Of a DNA stretch of 64,000 nt, positions 1 to 9,092 are shown piece after piece; within the stretch, counting starts at the first letter, position 1, and the number at the start of each line of letters is the position of its first letter. The stretch comes from an uncultured virus (IMG/VR IMGVR_UViG_3300030012_002620) (lineage: Duplodnaviria > Heunggongvirae > Uroviricota > Caudoviricetes > Crassvirales). The notes under the pieces were generated by a model. The model was not told the origin of the DNA, ran no database searches, and worked only from the letters and a program-made list of their open reading frames with translations. The DNA is taken from the IMG/VR virus record IMGVR_UViG_3300030012_002620; one strand, given 5' to 3'. The translations under genes and the position numbers were made by a program.

Positions 1-2
1 AG

Positions 3-332
3 TCATATGGTTACACAGGTCGTATGTACGGTGGTCACTTTCACAATCATACACCTCGTATAAATCCTTACTATGCAGATGACATAGAAGAAACAGCAGA
101 ACCAATGTACTTTGACGATGACTTGTATGAAGAGCATGTAATATCATCATTACCAGACGACTGTCCTATGTGTAATCAAACAGAACTTGAATACGATGAG
201 ATGACAGGCGAGGTATGGTGTTATTCATGCGGTGCATATTTACAAGCAGAAAACTTAAACTCTTTTCAAAATGAACAAAATCAATCAAATCAAAACAACG
301 AACAGCAGGGGACTTTCACCTTTGAGTCGTAA
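3..332 (+). CDS. 5'-truncated protein with acidic C-terminus and Zn-ribbon
   Basis: Frame is open from the window edge (SYGYTGRMYGG...). CPMC-x16-CYSC ribbon near the end. Confidence 0.65.
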   Translation, partial: SYGYTGRMYGGHFHNHTPRINPYYADDIEETAEPMYFDDDLYEEHVISSLPDDCPMCNQTELEYDEMTGEVWCYSCGAYLQAENLNSFQNEQNQSNQNNEQQGTFTFES

Positions 333-2529
333 CACTAAATTTTTATATCATGTCTGGCACAGATTATTGAACAACAATATATCTGGTCTATCATATACAC
401 AAAAAAAGTTTTTAGAACACATAATGAAACAATGTGTAATAAGCAATACTATTGATGTGAACTCAGTTGGATTATCTGTAATGCAAATACAAAAAGATAT
501 AAGCAATTACATTTATAACTTGCATTGCCTTGCAAATCTCAAATTTGGCAACATATTACCCTTTGCTACATATGAGAATTTCAATTATAAAATGGTAAAT
601 CCTGCAACAAATACACTTCGTATTCAAAAATTTATCCGTATTGCATGCCAACATATTCTAACTGAACGTGAAATCAGAAAAGAAACCAAACATTGGGAAT
701 CAGCAGTTGGTGAACAAATCAAAAACACAGACATTGACAGAGGTTTTTGTCGCTATTGGTCAAAAAAGATATTAATATTTCAATATCGACTATACAAAAC
801 ATTGACTAAAAATGCACAACAAATTGTTCATCTTGCAGAACCAAAAACATACTTTCAATCAAGACGTGCAAGACTTGACAATGATTTCTATATGTATCGA
901 ACAAAATCCAGAAACGTAACAATACACGAACAACCTTTATATGTTGGAGAACAATGCACCGCTATTCTAGGTTATGACACATATATGCAGAATCATCTAT
1001 CATGGTCAAATATATTCCATCAACAACCAACAATCAACAGACTAATATCTGAAACATTGCTACAAGATATCACAAACGCACTTAAAGGTGCGATAGACAG
1101 CTGTCCAGAAAAAATCAAAAAAGACAAAAAGAGGTTTGAAATATACAAATTCAATGCGAGTCTAATGCAAGAGTTTGCAATGCACAGCTCAAGATTACCT
1201 GCTGACCAATCACTTGACAGACACTTCACAATCAACAAAGAAGGTCAAATGTCATACAGTCCAGCAAAAAAACCTACATACATGACATCAAATGGTAACT
1301 GGCTATCTGGTGCAGAACGTATGATAACTAAATTTGGCAAAGGTGTAAGAAAATTATTTGCAACATACCCAGATACAATTGAAGAAAGTATCATTGAACA
1401 TATATGCAATCAACTAAAAGCTAAACATACGTTTGCAGCTGAAATGGTTGTTGTATCTGGTGAAGATATACGTCATTGGTATCATGAAAACAATACAAAT
1501 TATACAGTCAATACAGGTACACTTGCTGGTTCATGTATGCGTTATGATAGATGTCAACCATACCTTGATATATATGTAGAAAATCCTGACAAAATAAAAA
1601 TGCTAATATGTCGTGATAATGATAAAATTATTGGCAGAGCATTACTATGGCATGATGATAACGGTGACAAAGCTTTCATGGACAGAATATACGGTGCTGA
1701 CAAAACAATTGCTGCTTGTAAATCGTGGGCTAGTAAAAATGGTTATCTATACAAAAACAATCAATCATACAGAGATAAATCAGAATTCATAACAACAACA
1801 GGTCAACTTGTTGACAGACAATTTATAATAACACTAAACAAACCAACATCAGCACAGTTCCCATACGCTGATACTATGGCACGTATGATTATTGACGGAG
1901 ACTTTCTCAAAGTTACAAATCAACCTCACGACGCTTTTGACAACTGCTTTATTCTTGATATAACTGGTGGCAGGTTATATGGATATGGTGGCAATACACC
2001 TCCACCACGCAGAACAAATCTGAGTCATCCAGATATGGGTTGGCAAAGCGAAGATGATGAAGATACAATAATATTTCACAATGGTGAATATCATATGGAC
2101 GAATGTGGTTATTGCGAACACTACGACGGTTGGTTTCATGAAGATGACTTATGCTATGTAGAATCAGACAATTGCTACTATCACTCTGACCAATGCTACT
2201 GGGTTGGTGATTACGCATTTTACAACGACGGTAGTTACGACTGTCACGTTTGGTCAGAATGTGAAGATGAAAACTTATGGACTGATGACGCATACAGTAT
2301 TGCAGATTCAAATTATGAGCACATGGACTATTGTAGTGCAGAAAATTGTTTCTACTCTGACTATCATGGTGTATCATTCCACGAAGAAGACGCATTCTAT
2401 TGTCCAGTCACAGAAGATTACGAACACGTAGACAACACAAAAGAAATAGAAATTGACGGTACAACATACGAGGTTGCAGACTTCTGTAGCTATGATGACG
2501 TAGAAGAGTATCACTATAATAATAACTAA
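271..2529 (+). CDS. Large early protein with a conserved phage domain (possibly GNAT/PcfJ-like) and C-terminal Cys/His/Asp/Tyr-rich repeats
   Basis: 752 aa ORF. SCMRY..YLDIYVENP..IIGRALLW..FMDRIYG motif, then repeats such as YCEHYDGWFHEDD, YSDYHGVSFHEED, YCPVTEDYEHVDN. The ORF is solid; the function is a guess. Confidence 0.55.
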   Translation: MNKINQIKTTNSRGLSPLSRNTKFLYHVWHRLLNNNISGLSYTQKKFLEHIMKQCVISNTIDVNSVGLSVMQIQKDISNYIYNLHCLANLKFGNILPFATYENFNYKMVNPATNTLRIQKFIRIACQHILTEREIRKETKHWESAVGEQIKNTDIDRGFCRYWSKKILIFQYRLYKTLTKNAQQIVHLAEPKTYFQSRRARLDNDFYMYRTKSRNVTIHEQPLYVGEQCTAILGYDTYMQNHLSWSNIFHQQPTINRLISETLLQDITNALKGAIDSCPEKIKKDKKRFEIYKFNASLMQEFAMHSSRLPADQSLDRHFTINKEGQMSYSPAKKPTYMTSNGNWLSGAERMITKFGKGVRKLFATYPDTIEESIIEHICNQLKAKHTFAAEMVVVSGEDIRHWYHENNTNYTVNTGTLAGSCMRYDRCQPYLDIYVENPDKIKMLICRDNDKIIGRALLWHDDNGDKAFMDRIYGADKTIAACKSWASKNGYLYKNNQSYRDKSEFITTTGQLVDRQFIITLNKPTSAQFPYADTMARMIIDGDFLKVTNQPHDAFDNCFILDITGGRLYGYGGNTPPPRRTNLSHPDMGWQSEDDEDTIIFHNGEYHMDECGYCEHYDGWFHEDDLCYVESDNCYYHSDQCYWVGDYAFYNDGSYDCHVWSECEDENLWTDDAYSIADSNYEHMDYCSAENCFYSDYHGVSFHEEDAFYCPVTEDYEHVDNTKEIEIDGTTYEVADFCSYDDVEEYHYNNN

Positions 2530-2530
2530 T

Positions 2531-2617
2531 ATGTCAAAATTCAGAATATTTTTATCACGATTACTCCAAGTTCTTTGGATATTATTAATACTTTTAATAA
2601 TGTTATATGCAAAATAA
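2531..2617 (+). CDS. 28-aa hydrophobic membrane peptide
   Basis: Manual translation MSKFRIFLSRLLQVLWILLILLIMLYAK*, starting 1 nt after the upstream stop. Confidence 0.45.
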   Translation: MSKFRIFLSRLLQVLWILLILLIMLYAK

Positions 2618-2716
2618 AGACAACAAATACGAAAACAAAATGCGTATGCTTGCTATTTCTTATATAGGAATTCTTTTGTGTGTTCTTTATTTAATTATCA
2701 AAACACATTTATTGTA

Positions 2717-3109
2717 ATGTCAAATAAAAAAACAACATCACAATCATTACATGCGACGCGCAAAAATGCGACAGGCGACAAGCAACATTATGCGACAGGC
2801 GACAATATGCGAAATCAAAATTCGCGTGTGCATCCAGAATGCACGGATCCCGATCACCAGTCTTCAAAAAACGCGACATTCAAAAGCGAAAAGGTTATTA
2901 TGTCGGTAAAACAAGCCTTGAATCCGCCATCTGAGCTGGAAACTCCAGGCAAACCTGAAGAGCAAACAGCAAAGTTCGCGACATACATTATACTGCTTTG
3001 TTTATTGTCGTTTCTTTTCCTGTGTCTGATGGGGTGTGCAGGTCAAAAGGCATATATAGAACCACAATACTTTAACCAACCTCCTAAAAATATTACTTAC
3101 ATAACTTGA
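2717..3109 (+). CDS. Hypothetical protein, possibly membrane/lipoprotein; start uncertain
   Basis: Hydrophobic stretch ending in a lipobox-like LMGC. The 5' half overlies the GCGACA repeats and may be non-coding. Confidence 0.35.
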   Translation: MSNKKTTSQSLHATRKNATGDKQHYATGDNMRNQNSRVHPECTDPDHQSSKNATFKSEKVIMSVKQALNPPSELETPGKPEEQTAKFATYIILLCLLSFLFLCLMGCAGQKAYIEPQYFNQPPKNITYIT

Positions 3110-3346
3110 TTAATAAACAATAATTTTTTAAATTTGTTAAAAATGAATATACCCGATTATTTACATAGTGAACTATTACACAAAAGGAAAAACGACAAAG
3201 TTTTCCAAAAAACTTACAACACAATCAATGATTTGACAGACGCAATCACAATCATGGAGATGCGACAAGCTGGGGTGGATGCGACAATGCGACGCGATAA
3301 TGCGACAAAAAAGCTCTTCTCCGATCTGACTCACCACAATGCGACA
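2751..3346 (+). repeat. ATGCGACA direct-repeat cluster (iteron-like)
   Basis: ATGCGACAGGCGACAA at 2766 and 2790. ATGCGACA at 3260, 3279, 3300, 3339. Variants at 2751, 2807, 2871, 2976, 3287. Confidence 0.9.
3129..3136 (+). promoter_or_regulatory. Bacteroidota housekeeping-sigma -7 element
   Basis: TAAATTTG matches TAnnTTTG, 6 nt before ATG 3143. Confidence 0.55.
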
Positions 3347-3406
3347 ATTATCAGTAGACATATAATAGATATAGTAAACTATACAATACATAATTTTGAA
3401 AAATAG
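3143..3406 (+). CDS. Hypothetical protein
   Basis: ORF; ATG 3143 preferred over TTG 3134, which lies inside the promoter motif. Confidence 0.55.
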   Translation: MNIPDYLHSELLHKRKNDKVFQKTYNTINDLTDAITIMEMRQAGVDATMRRDNATKKLFSDLTHHNATIISRHIIDIVNYTIHNFEK

Positions 3407-3788
3407 AAAGAAACTTTTGCTACAAGCATGGGAACTAATACAGAAGAAAAAGTCAAAAGAACTTGTTTTTGAAGATACTTCTTACTTTTATAAAAGTATA
3501 TGTATGAGTAAACTCGACAACCGAATGGAAATATTCGATATAGCGACTGACATATACAGACCACTATCCGACAAAGAACTTGAAACCTTAATAAAGATAG
3601 GATTCGACAAGTTTGCTACCCAACTACAAATCAAAAACACACTTGATGCAATTGCATTAAATAGAAATATGTTTCATATTGCAATCGCAAAAGGAAGTCA
3701 AAAAGAAAAAGAATTTTTCTTCCGTAAAACTATGAGAAGAATAAAAAAATTACGCAAGTTATTAGGATATAAACAAATATTTGCGTAA
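3396..3788 (+). CDS. Hypothetical protein
   Basis: 130 aa ORF with TTG start, packed in the operon. Confidence 0.65.
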   Translation: MKNRKKLLLQAWELIQKKKSKELVFEDTSYFYKSICMSKLDNRMEIFDIATDIYRPLSDKELETLIKIGFDKFATQLQIKNTLDAIALNRNMFHIAIAKGSQKEKEFFFRKTMRRIKKLRKLLGYKQIFA

Positions 3789-3817
3789 ATTCGTTAATAA
3801 CCTTTAATTTTATTTTT

Positions 3818-4225
3818 ATGAAAACAGATAAACTAAGAGTTTTATACAAGAAGTATGAACTAGAAAAAGATGATGTCTTTAAACATCAGCACTACATTAT
3901 TATCACACGAAGTGGTATTGACAAAATTCAGGCGAAGGAGGCAATAACCATCAATTATGACGTCATAGAATGCCAACCTAACTTCTGTGTCGTTAAAGCT
4001 TCAGCCGCAGCAGGTTCTAATAATATACAGACATTTGGTTCAGCACTCAAAGGCACGTCGCACAGAGATGGTAACTGTAACACTTGGTATGTTATGGAAA
4101 TGGCAGAGAAACGCGCCATGAGTAGAGCAGTACTAAAGCTAACAGGTTTCTATGAGTTAGGAGTATTTGGAGAAGATGAAAGCGAAGATTTTAAAAGAGG
4201 TAATGAGGTATGGAAAAAACAATAA
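3818..4225 (+). CDS. Putative ssDNA-annealing recombinase (Rad52/Sak-like)
   Basis: MEMAEKRAMSRAVLKLTG...EDE motif; sits directly upstream of the exonuclease and SSB genes. Confidence 0.55.
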   Translation: MKTDKLRVLYKKYELEKDDVFKHQHYIIITRSGIDKIQAKEAITINYDVIECQPNFCVVKASAAAGSNNIQTFGSALKGTSHRDGNCNTWYVMEMAEKRAMSRAVLKLTGFYELGVFGEDESEDFKRGNEVWKKQ

Positions 4226-4935
4226 AAAAGTTAAAGTCCGACAAACATTATTACGGCAAGTTTGGTAAACAGTTTTTATCAAACTCTGACATATACGACT
4301 TACTACATAATCCAAAAGAGTTTCAACAACCCAAGGAGGCGAATGTCAATTTTGAATTTGGCAAAGCTTTCCATGAAATGATTATGTTTGGTACAGTACC
4401 AACTTACGTTGAAGCTAGTTCTAGGCGGACTAACATATATAAAAATGCTTGTGCAGACAACAAAGTAGATATGATGCTCCTGGACAGTGAAGTAGAAGAG
4501 CTAACAAATGCAGTCGCCAAAGCTAAAGACAATGAGTTTGTCGCGAAATTACTAGCCCGTGCTGATCTGAACTTTGAAGTCCCCAATGTTGCAGAACTTA
4601 CAGACAACAAGATCCAGTGGAAGTGTAAAGCCGACATAGTAACTGATGATTGCTTGTATGACATCAAAACATCCAGTAACCTCAAGGGTTTCAAAGCTTC
4701 AAGCCGTGCATATAATTACGACTCACAAGCTTACATTTATTCGACAATGTTCCAGAAGCCAATGCGTTTTCTGGTTGTAGAAAAGAAGACAGGTTGTGTA
4801 GGACTATTCGATGTGTCGGATGAATCATACTTAGCAGGTCAGGAAAAAGTAGAAAGAGCAGAACAAAACTACATAACATATCACCTTAAAAAGACTGATA
4901 AGTTAGATAACTTTATGGTGTATGGCGAGATATAA
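4210..4935 (+). CDS. RecE/exonuclease VIII-like PD-(D/E)XK nuclease
   Basis: LSNSDI, FGKAFH, KCKAD..DIKTS, YDSQAYIY motifs. Confidence 0.8.
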   Translation: MEKTIKKLKSDKHYYGKFGKQFLSNSDIYDLLHNPKEFQQPKEANVNFEFGKAFHEMIMFGTVPTYVEASSRRTNIYKNACADNKVDMMLLDSEVEELTNAVAKAKDNEFVAKLLARADLNFEVPNVAELTDNKIQWKCKADIVTDDCLYDIKTSSNLKGFKASSRAYNYDSQAYIYSTMFQKPMRFLVVEKKTGCVGLFDVSDESYLAGQEKVERAEQNYITYHLKKTDKLDNFMVYGEI

Positions 4936-4936
4936 A

Positions 4937-4996
4937 AGGGATAACGATGAGGGCCCTATTTTTTTAATCACATGTATTATCATCGTTTGGTACATG
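4937..4996 (+). promoter_or_regulatory. Structured RNA leader (kissing loop/pseudoknot) upstream of SSB
   Basis: Hairpin 4971-4979/4988-4996; its loop TCATCGTT is the exact complement of AACGATGA at 4943-4950. Confidence 0.55.
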
Positions 4997-5015
4997 ACTT
5001 TAATTTTATTTTAAT

Positions 5016-5348
5016 ATGAGTACATTAATTTCAGCGTCAATTAAAGCTTCAGAGTTGAAGAAGATTGACCAAACAAAAATCATTAAGGGAGAAAAGGATA
5101 ATTATATACCTATTACAATTTCTGTTAATGATGAAAGTAAATTCGGTAAGAATGTTTCTATCACAATTGCACAAAGCAAGGAAGAAAGAGACGCCCAAAC
5201 GGCAAAGCATTATTTAGGTAATGGCTCGGTCATTTGGACAGACGGCAATATTGTCAAAGGTCAAAAAGATGATTCACAATCACCAATGCCAAATGCGACA
5301 AAAACCGCTGATGCGACAAGCTTGGGTGTTGATGACTTGCCTTTCTGA
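5016..5348 (+). CDS. Putative single-stranded DNA-binding protein
   Basis: Small beta-rich core, flexible linker, acidic DDLPF C-terminus. Confidence 0.75.
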   Translation: MSTLISASIKASELKKIDQTKIIKGEKDNYIPITISVNDESKFGKNVSITIAQSKEERDAQTAKHYLGNGSVIWTDGNIVKGQKDDSQSPMPNATKTADATSLGVDDLPF

Positions 5349-5357
5349 AAGTTCAAT

Positions 5358-5378
5358 GCCCCTCGCAAGAGGGGTTTT
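5358..5378 (+). terminator. Intrinsic terminator
   Basis: GCCCCTC-GCAA-GAGGGGT followed by a short T run. Confidence 0.7.
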
Positions 5379-5391
5379 AAACCTAAATGCA

Positions 5392-5631
5392 ATGGAAAAT
5401 ATCTTAAAGCTTATGAAAACCTTTTTGGCTATAGGCAAAATGACAGAAACAGACGATACCCCTATAGAAGAAAAAGTAAAGTATCGTCAGAGAATAGTCT
5501 TCGCTACTATGAAGAAACTTATACCAGAATGGAGACAACCTCCTGATTGGTATATGCTTAGTGATGAAGAAAAATTAAGAAGACTTGATTACTTAGAAAA
5601 AGTCTCAACACCTAAAAAACATGAAAAATAG
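5392..5631 (+). CDS. Hypothetical protein
   Basis: ATG 5392 after the terminator; the track's longer 5221 start overlaps SSB. Confidence 0.65.
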   Translation: MENILKLMKTFLAIGKMTETDDTPIEEKVKYRQRIVFATMKKLIPEWRQPPDWYMLSDEEKLRRLDYLEKVSTPKKHEK

Positions 5632-6166
5632 TATATTATATAAAATAGCAAAAATAGTCGCTGATCGTTTTGAAGTGGATCCAGAGTTCATTTTTCAAGA
5701 CACACGGCGACATGCTGTAACGGATGTCAGAGCAATTTATCATTTTATGTGTAACAAATACACTAAAGAAAGATTGCGAGTGATAGGGCAGTTTAGTCAA
5801 AAAATGGGGAGAAGTGAACCTCATCACCATGCAAGTATTGTTTATGCAATTAAAAAAGTAAAAAGCTTGTATGAAGTAGATAAAAAATTCAAAGAACATG
5901 TTGATACTATTTCAGAAGTTATTGAAAAGCAATTGACTTATGATAAGTTTGTTTCAAGAAAAAATGCGACAACTATATCAAACATAATCGAAAGGATTTT
6001 CTATGAAGATGATTACGAGTTTTTAACTTACCTAGATTTATTGGTAGATATGCTTTACGAACATAAAGACAAAGAGATAATTGAAAACTTAATAAAGACT
6101 CTGAAGAAAAATAATGAAGGGCTACATAAAGCTACACAGGACGATTCTAGACTGGGAGTGGTATAA
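5621..6166 (+). CDS. DnaA domain IV (C-terminal HTH)-like DNA-binding protein
   Basis: IVADRFEV..IFQDTRRHAVTDVRAI..LRVIG..HASIVYAIKKV follows the DnaA_C pattern. Confidence 0.7.
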   Translation: MKNSILYKIAKIVADRFEVDPEFIFQDTRRHAVTDVRAIYHFMCNKYTKERLRVIGQFSQKMGRSEPHHHASIVYAIKKVKSLYEVDKKFKEHVDTISEVIEKQLTYDKFVSRKNATTISNIIERIFYEDDYEFLTYLDLLVDMLYEHKDKEIIENLIKTLKKNNEGLHKATQDDSRLGVV

Positions 6167-6803
6167 AGACACAAACACAAAAATACTTTTCATACACTTA
6201 CTATTAAACGCTTGTTTTGATAGGTGTAAGTTTATGGGTGTTTATATGTTGCGTGGTCAATACATCACCTCAATGTCAAGACTGTCTAATGAACTTGGGT
6301 TGACAAGCAGACAATTACGTACCGCAATATCGCGATTAAAGAAAACAAAAGAGATTAATGTAAAAACTACAAATAAGTTTACTTTGTTTACTGTATGTAA
6401 TTATGAAAACTATCAATTTGAAGAGCAAAGAAACAATGCGACAATACTAACTGAATCACACAACGATTCATATTATAACGCATGTATAAAAAATGCTATT
6501 TGGTTAGAACAAGTTTGTGTCAATCAAAAATTAAATAAAGAACAATTAGAAAAAGCTTTAGAAAAGTTTAATAATTATTTGAACTTAACAAATGATTTTA
6601 AATCGAATTTAAAACAATACAAAAGTCATTTTATAAATTGGACTAAATACAATATAAAAACTATAGCGAAAAGTTCTGGAACATACCAATGGAAATGGAA
6701 AGGGCAAGCTATAAAACATGGAACTAAAACTGATTTAGAAAAAGATAAAAGTATATTTGATAAGCCTGGTTTTGAATTTAAAATTTTAAAGAATGGAAAT
6801 TAA
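6114..6803 (+). CDS. Phage replication initiator / replisome organiser (wHTH)
   Basis: GYIKLHR.ILDWEWY.D..TKILFIHLLL..RGQYITS...L N-terminus; directly upstream of the primase-helicase. Confidence 0.75.
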   Translation: MKGYIKLHRTILDWEWYKDTNTKILFIHLLLNACFDRCKFMGVYMLRGQYITSMSRLSNELGLTSRQLRTAISRLKKTKEINVKTTNKFTLFTVCNYENYQFEEQRNNATILTESHNDSYYNACIKNAIWLEQVCVNQKLNKEQLEKALEKFNNYLNLTNDFKSNLKQYKSHFINWTKYNIKTIAKSSGTYQWKWKGQAIKHGTKTDLEKDKSIFDKPGFEFKILKNGN

Positions 6804-8577
6804 CGGATACGAAATAGACACTTATAATATATATGGGCTAGACACAAGGGCAAATAAATCGACATGCCCAAAGTGTTCGCACACACGAAAAAAGAAAACC
6901 CAAAAGTGTTTAATGTTAGACTGGAAACGAGGTCTAGGAACTTGTCAGCATTGTGGAGTTGTGTTACAATTACACAGTTACAAAAATAGACTAGAGCCAA
7001 AAGTTTATATAAAACCACAACCTATAAAAAAAATCACAATCATTGACAAAGTCGTCAAATGGTTTAATGGCAGAGGTATTTCTAAAAAAACTTTAGATGA
7101 TTTAAAAATATCAAATGGCAAAGAGTTTATGCCACAAGAAGGCAAAGAAATGAATGTAATTCAATTCAATTATTACATTGACAACGAACTCATAAATGTA
7201 AAATATAGAGATTCGAAAAAGAACTTTAAATTATATAAAGGAGCACAAAAAACCTTTTATAACATTGATTCAATTAAAGACAAAGATACTTGTGTTATTG
7301 TAGAGGGGGAAATAGATGTAGCATCTTATCATGAAGCAGGTGTTACAAATGTAATAAGTGTACCAAATGGTTTTGTCGCGACAGGGCAGGTAAACCTAGA
7401 CTACTTGACGGATTTTTATAGTTATTTCGAGGGTATGGACAAGATCTATTTAGCCTTGGATAATGATCAAGCAGGCGAAAATGGAAAGAAAGAACTTGTA
7501 AGGAGATTAGGTTCTGACAAAGTATATATAGTTGATTTACAAGAATGTAAAGACGCAAATGAATTTTTATTAGAATATGGTAAAGAAAAATTAAAAGAAA
7601 CGATTATAAACGCAAAGCCATGCCCAATAGAAAATGTAGTAAGAGTTTCTGACATACTAGGTAAACTAGATAATTTTTATAAAAACGGAATCAAGAATGG
7701 GTACAAAATTGGTCTGGATGGGTTTGATAATATTTTCTCGACATACACAAAACAATTCCTTGTTGTGACGGGGTTTCCATCAAGTGGTAAATCAGACTTT
7801 GTAGATCAAATGACTATTGGATACAACATGATGTATGGATGGAAGACAGCATATGCTTCAACAGAAAACTTCCCACAATATTTACATGTAGATAAACTAG
7901 TACGGAAGCTTTATGGTAGAACACCAGACTATGATGACACTAAAAAGAAAGATTGGATAAATTGTGTAGAACATATAAACAAAAACTTTTTCTTTATTGA
8001 TTATGAAGAGGGTTTTGATTTAGATAAAGTACTTACCAAAGGAGAAGAGTTAGTCAAAAGATTAGGAATAAGGTGCTTAGTTATTGACCCATATAATAAA
8101 GTAAGAGATAAACAAAATTTAAATTTAAGTATAACAGACTACACAAATATATATTTAAATAAAATAGATAACTTTTGTAAAAAAAATGACGTAGTTTGCA
8201 TCTTGGTTGCACATCCAACAAAGCCGCAGTCAGATAAAGGTAAACTTATTGAACCCACATTTTACGACGTAAAGGGTGGTGGTGAGTTCTATGACATGAG
8301 TCCACATGGTATTCTAGTTCATAGAGATTATGACCAGGGGCTTGTAAAGGTTAAAGTTTTAAAAGTAAAATTTTCTAACTTAGGTGAAAATCAAGCTCAT
8401 GTAAATTACGGGTGGAACGTAAACAACGGCAGGTATACTAAAATAAAAGAAGGTAATCCTACTTGGGACAACTCTAATTGGCTTGATTCAAAAAACAACC
8501 CTTTTGAAATTACAAAAAGTTTAGATATAGAGTTTGAAAAATTATCACAATCATCGGAAGAAAAGTTACAATTTTAA
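6793..8577 (+). CDS. Bifunctional primase-helicase (T7 gp4/Twinkle-like)
   Basis: Zn finger CPKC..CQHC, Toprim IVEGEID and DND, Walker A GFPSSGKS, Walker B LVIDP. Confidence 0.93.
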   Translation: MEINGYEIDTYNIYGLDTRANKSTCPKCSHTRKKKTQKCLMLDWKRGLGTCQHCGVVLQLHSYKNRLEPKVYIKPQPIKKITIIDKVVKWFNGRGISKKTLDDLKISNGKEFMPQEGKEMNVIQFNYYIDNELINVKYRDSKKNFKLYKGAQKTFYNIDSIKDKDTCVIVEGEIDVASYHEAGVTNVISVPNGFVATGQVNLDYLTDFYSYFEGMDKIYLALDNDQAGENGKKELVRRLGSDKVYIVDLQECKDANEFLLEYGKEKLKETIINAKPCPIENVVRVSDILGKLDNFYKNGIKNGYKIGLDGFDNIFSTYTKQFLVVTGFPSSGKSDFVDQMTIGYNMMYGWKTAYASTENFPQYLHVDKLVRKLYGRTPDYDDTKKKDWINCVEHINKNFFFIDYEEGFDLDKVLTKGEELVKRLGIRCLVIDPYNKVRDKQNLNLSITDYTNIYLNKIDNFCKKNDVVCILVAHPTKPQSDKGKLIEPTFYDVKGGGEFYDMSPHGILVHRDYDQGLVKVKVLKVKFSNLGENQAHVNYGWNVNNGRYTKIKEGNPTWDNSNWLDSKNNPFEITKSLDIEFEKLSQSSEEKLQF

Positions 8578-8794
8578 AGATATCTCAGAGATTATGAGCA
8601 AAGTATTTGAACACAATATTAAAATTTACCCGAAAGTTTATGATAAAAAACATTTTAAAATTGAAATAGATTTTAATGGAAGAAAAAAACTAGGTGATAT
8701 TATTTATAATTGGAAAACAGAACAGAAAGAAATGCAAGAAAAAATTAGGGAACTATATTTAGAAATTTATGAAAGAATACAAACGAGGAAATAA
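8534..8794 (+). CDS. Hypothetical protein
   Basis: ORF in operon; alternative ATG at 8594. Confidence 0.6.
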   Translation: MKNYHNHRKKSYNFKDISEIMSKVFEHNIKIYPKVYDKKHFKIEIDFNGRKKLGDIIYNWKTEQKEMQEKIRELYLEIYERIQTRK

Positions 8795-9080
8795 AACATA
8801 CGTATACGACGCAGACTTATTAGAGTTTCAGTATAACACATTTAAAAAAATGTCTAACGAAGAATTTGTAGAAAATATTATAGATGCTTTACACTATGCT
8901 TGTTATGTTTCTTGGCTAAACAAGTTAAATACAGATCAAACACTAGCAGATAACGGGATTATACATGAATTGGTACATTTAACAAAAAAAAGCACTAGGC
9001 AATACCAAAATGTATCTGAAACAAGAAAAAAATTTAACAAAATGTTAAAAGTGTCAAAAAAAAACTATAATTTTAGTTAA
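8769..9080 (+). CDS. Hypothetical protein
   Basis: 103 aa ORF in operon. Confidence 0.65.
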   Translation: MKEYKRGNKTYVYDADLLEFQYNTFKKMSNEEFVENIIDALHYACYVSWLNKLNTDQTLADNGIIHELVHLTKKSTRQYQNVSETRKKFNKMLKVSKKNYNFS

Positions 9081-9092
9081 CTTAGTAGTAGA

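Noticed and set aside
1949..2431. 148-aa antisense ORF and 75-aa alternative-frame ORF in the early gene
   Set aside because: Explained by the repetitive GAC/TAC/TGT codon content of the host gene; no signal peptide or independent codon signature, unlike the terL nested ORF.
2751..3346. Possible CRISPR mini-array
   Set aside because: Repeats are only 8-16 nt with irregular spacing and no constant-length spacers.
5221..5391. N-terminal extension of the 5392 gene shown in the ORF track
   Set aside because: Overlaps SSB and spans a terminator; the downstream ATG is more plausible.
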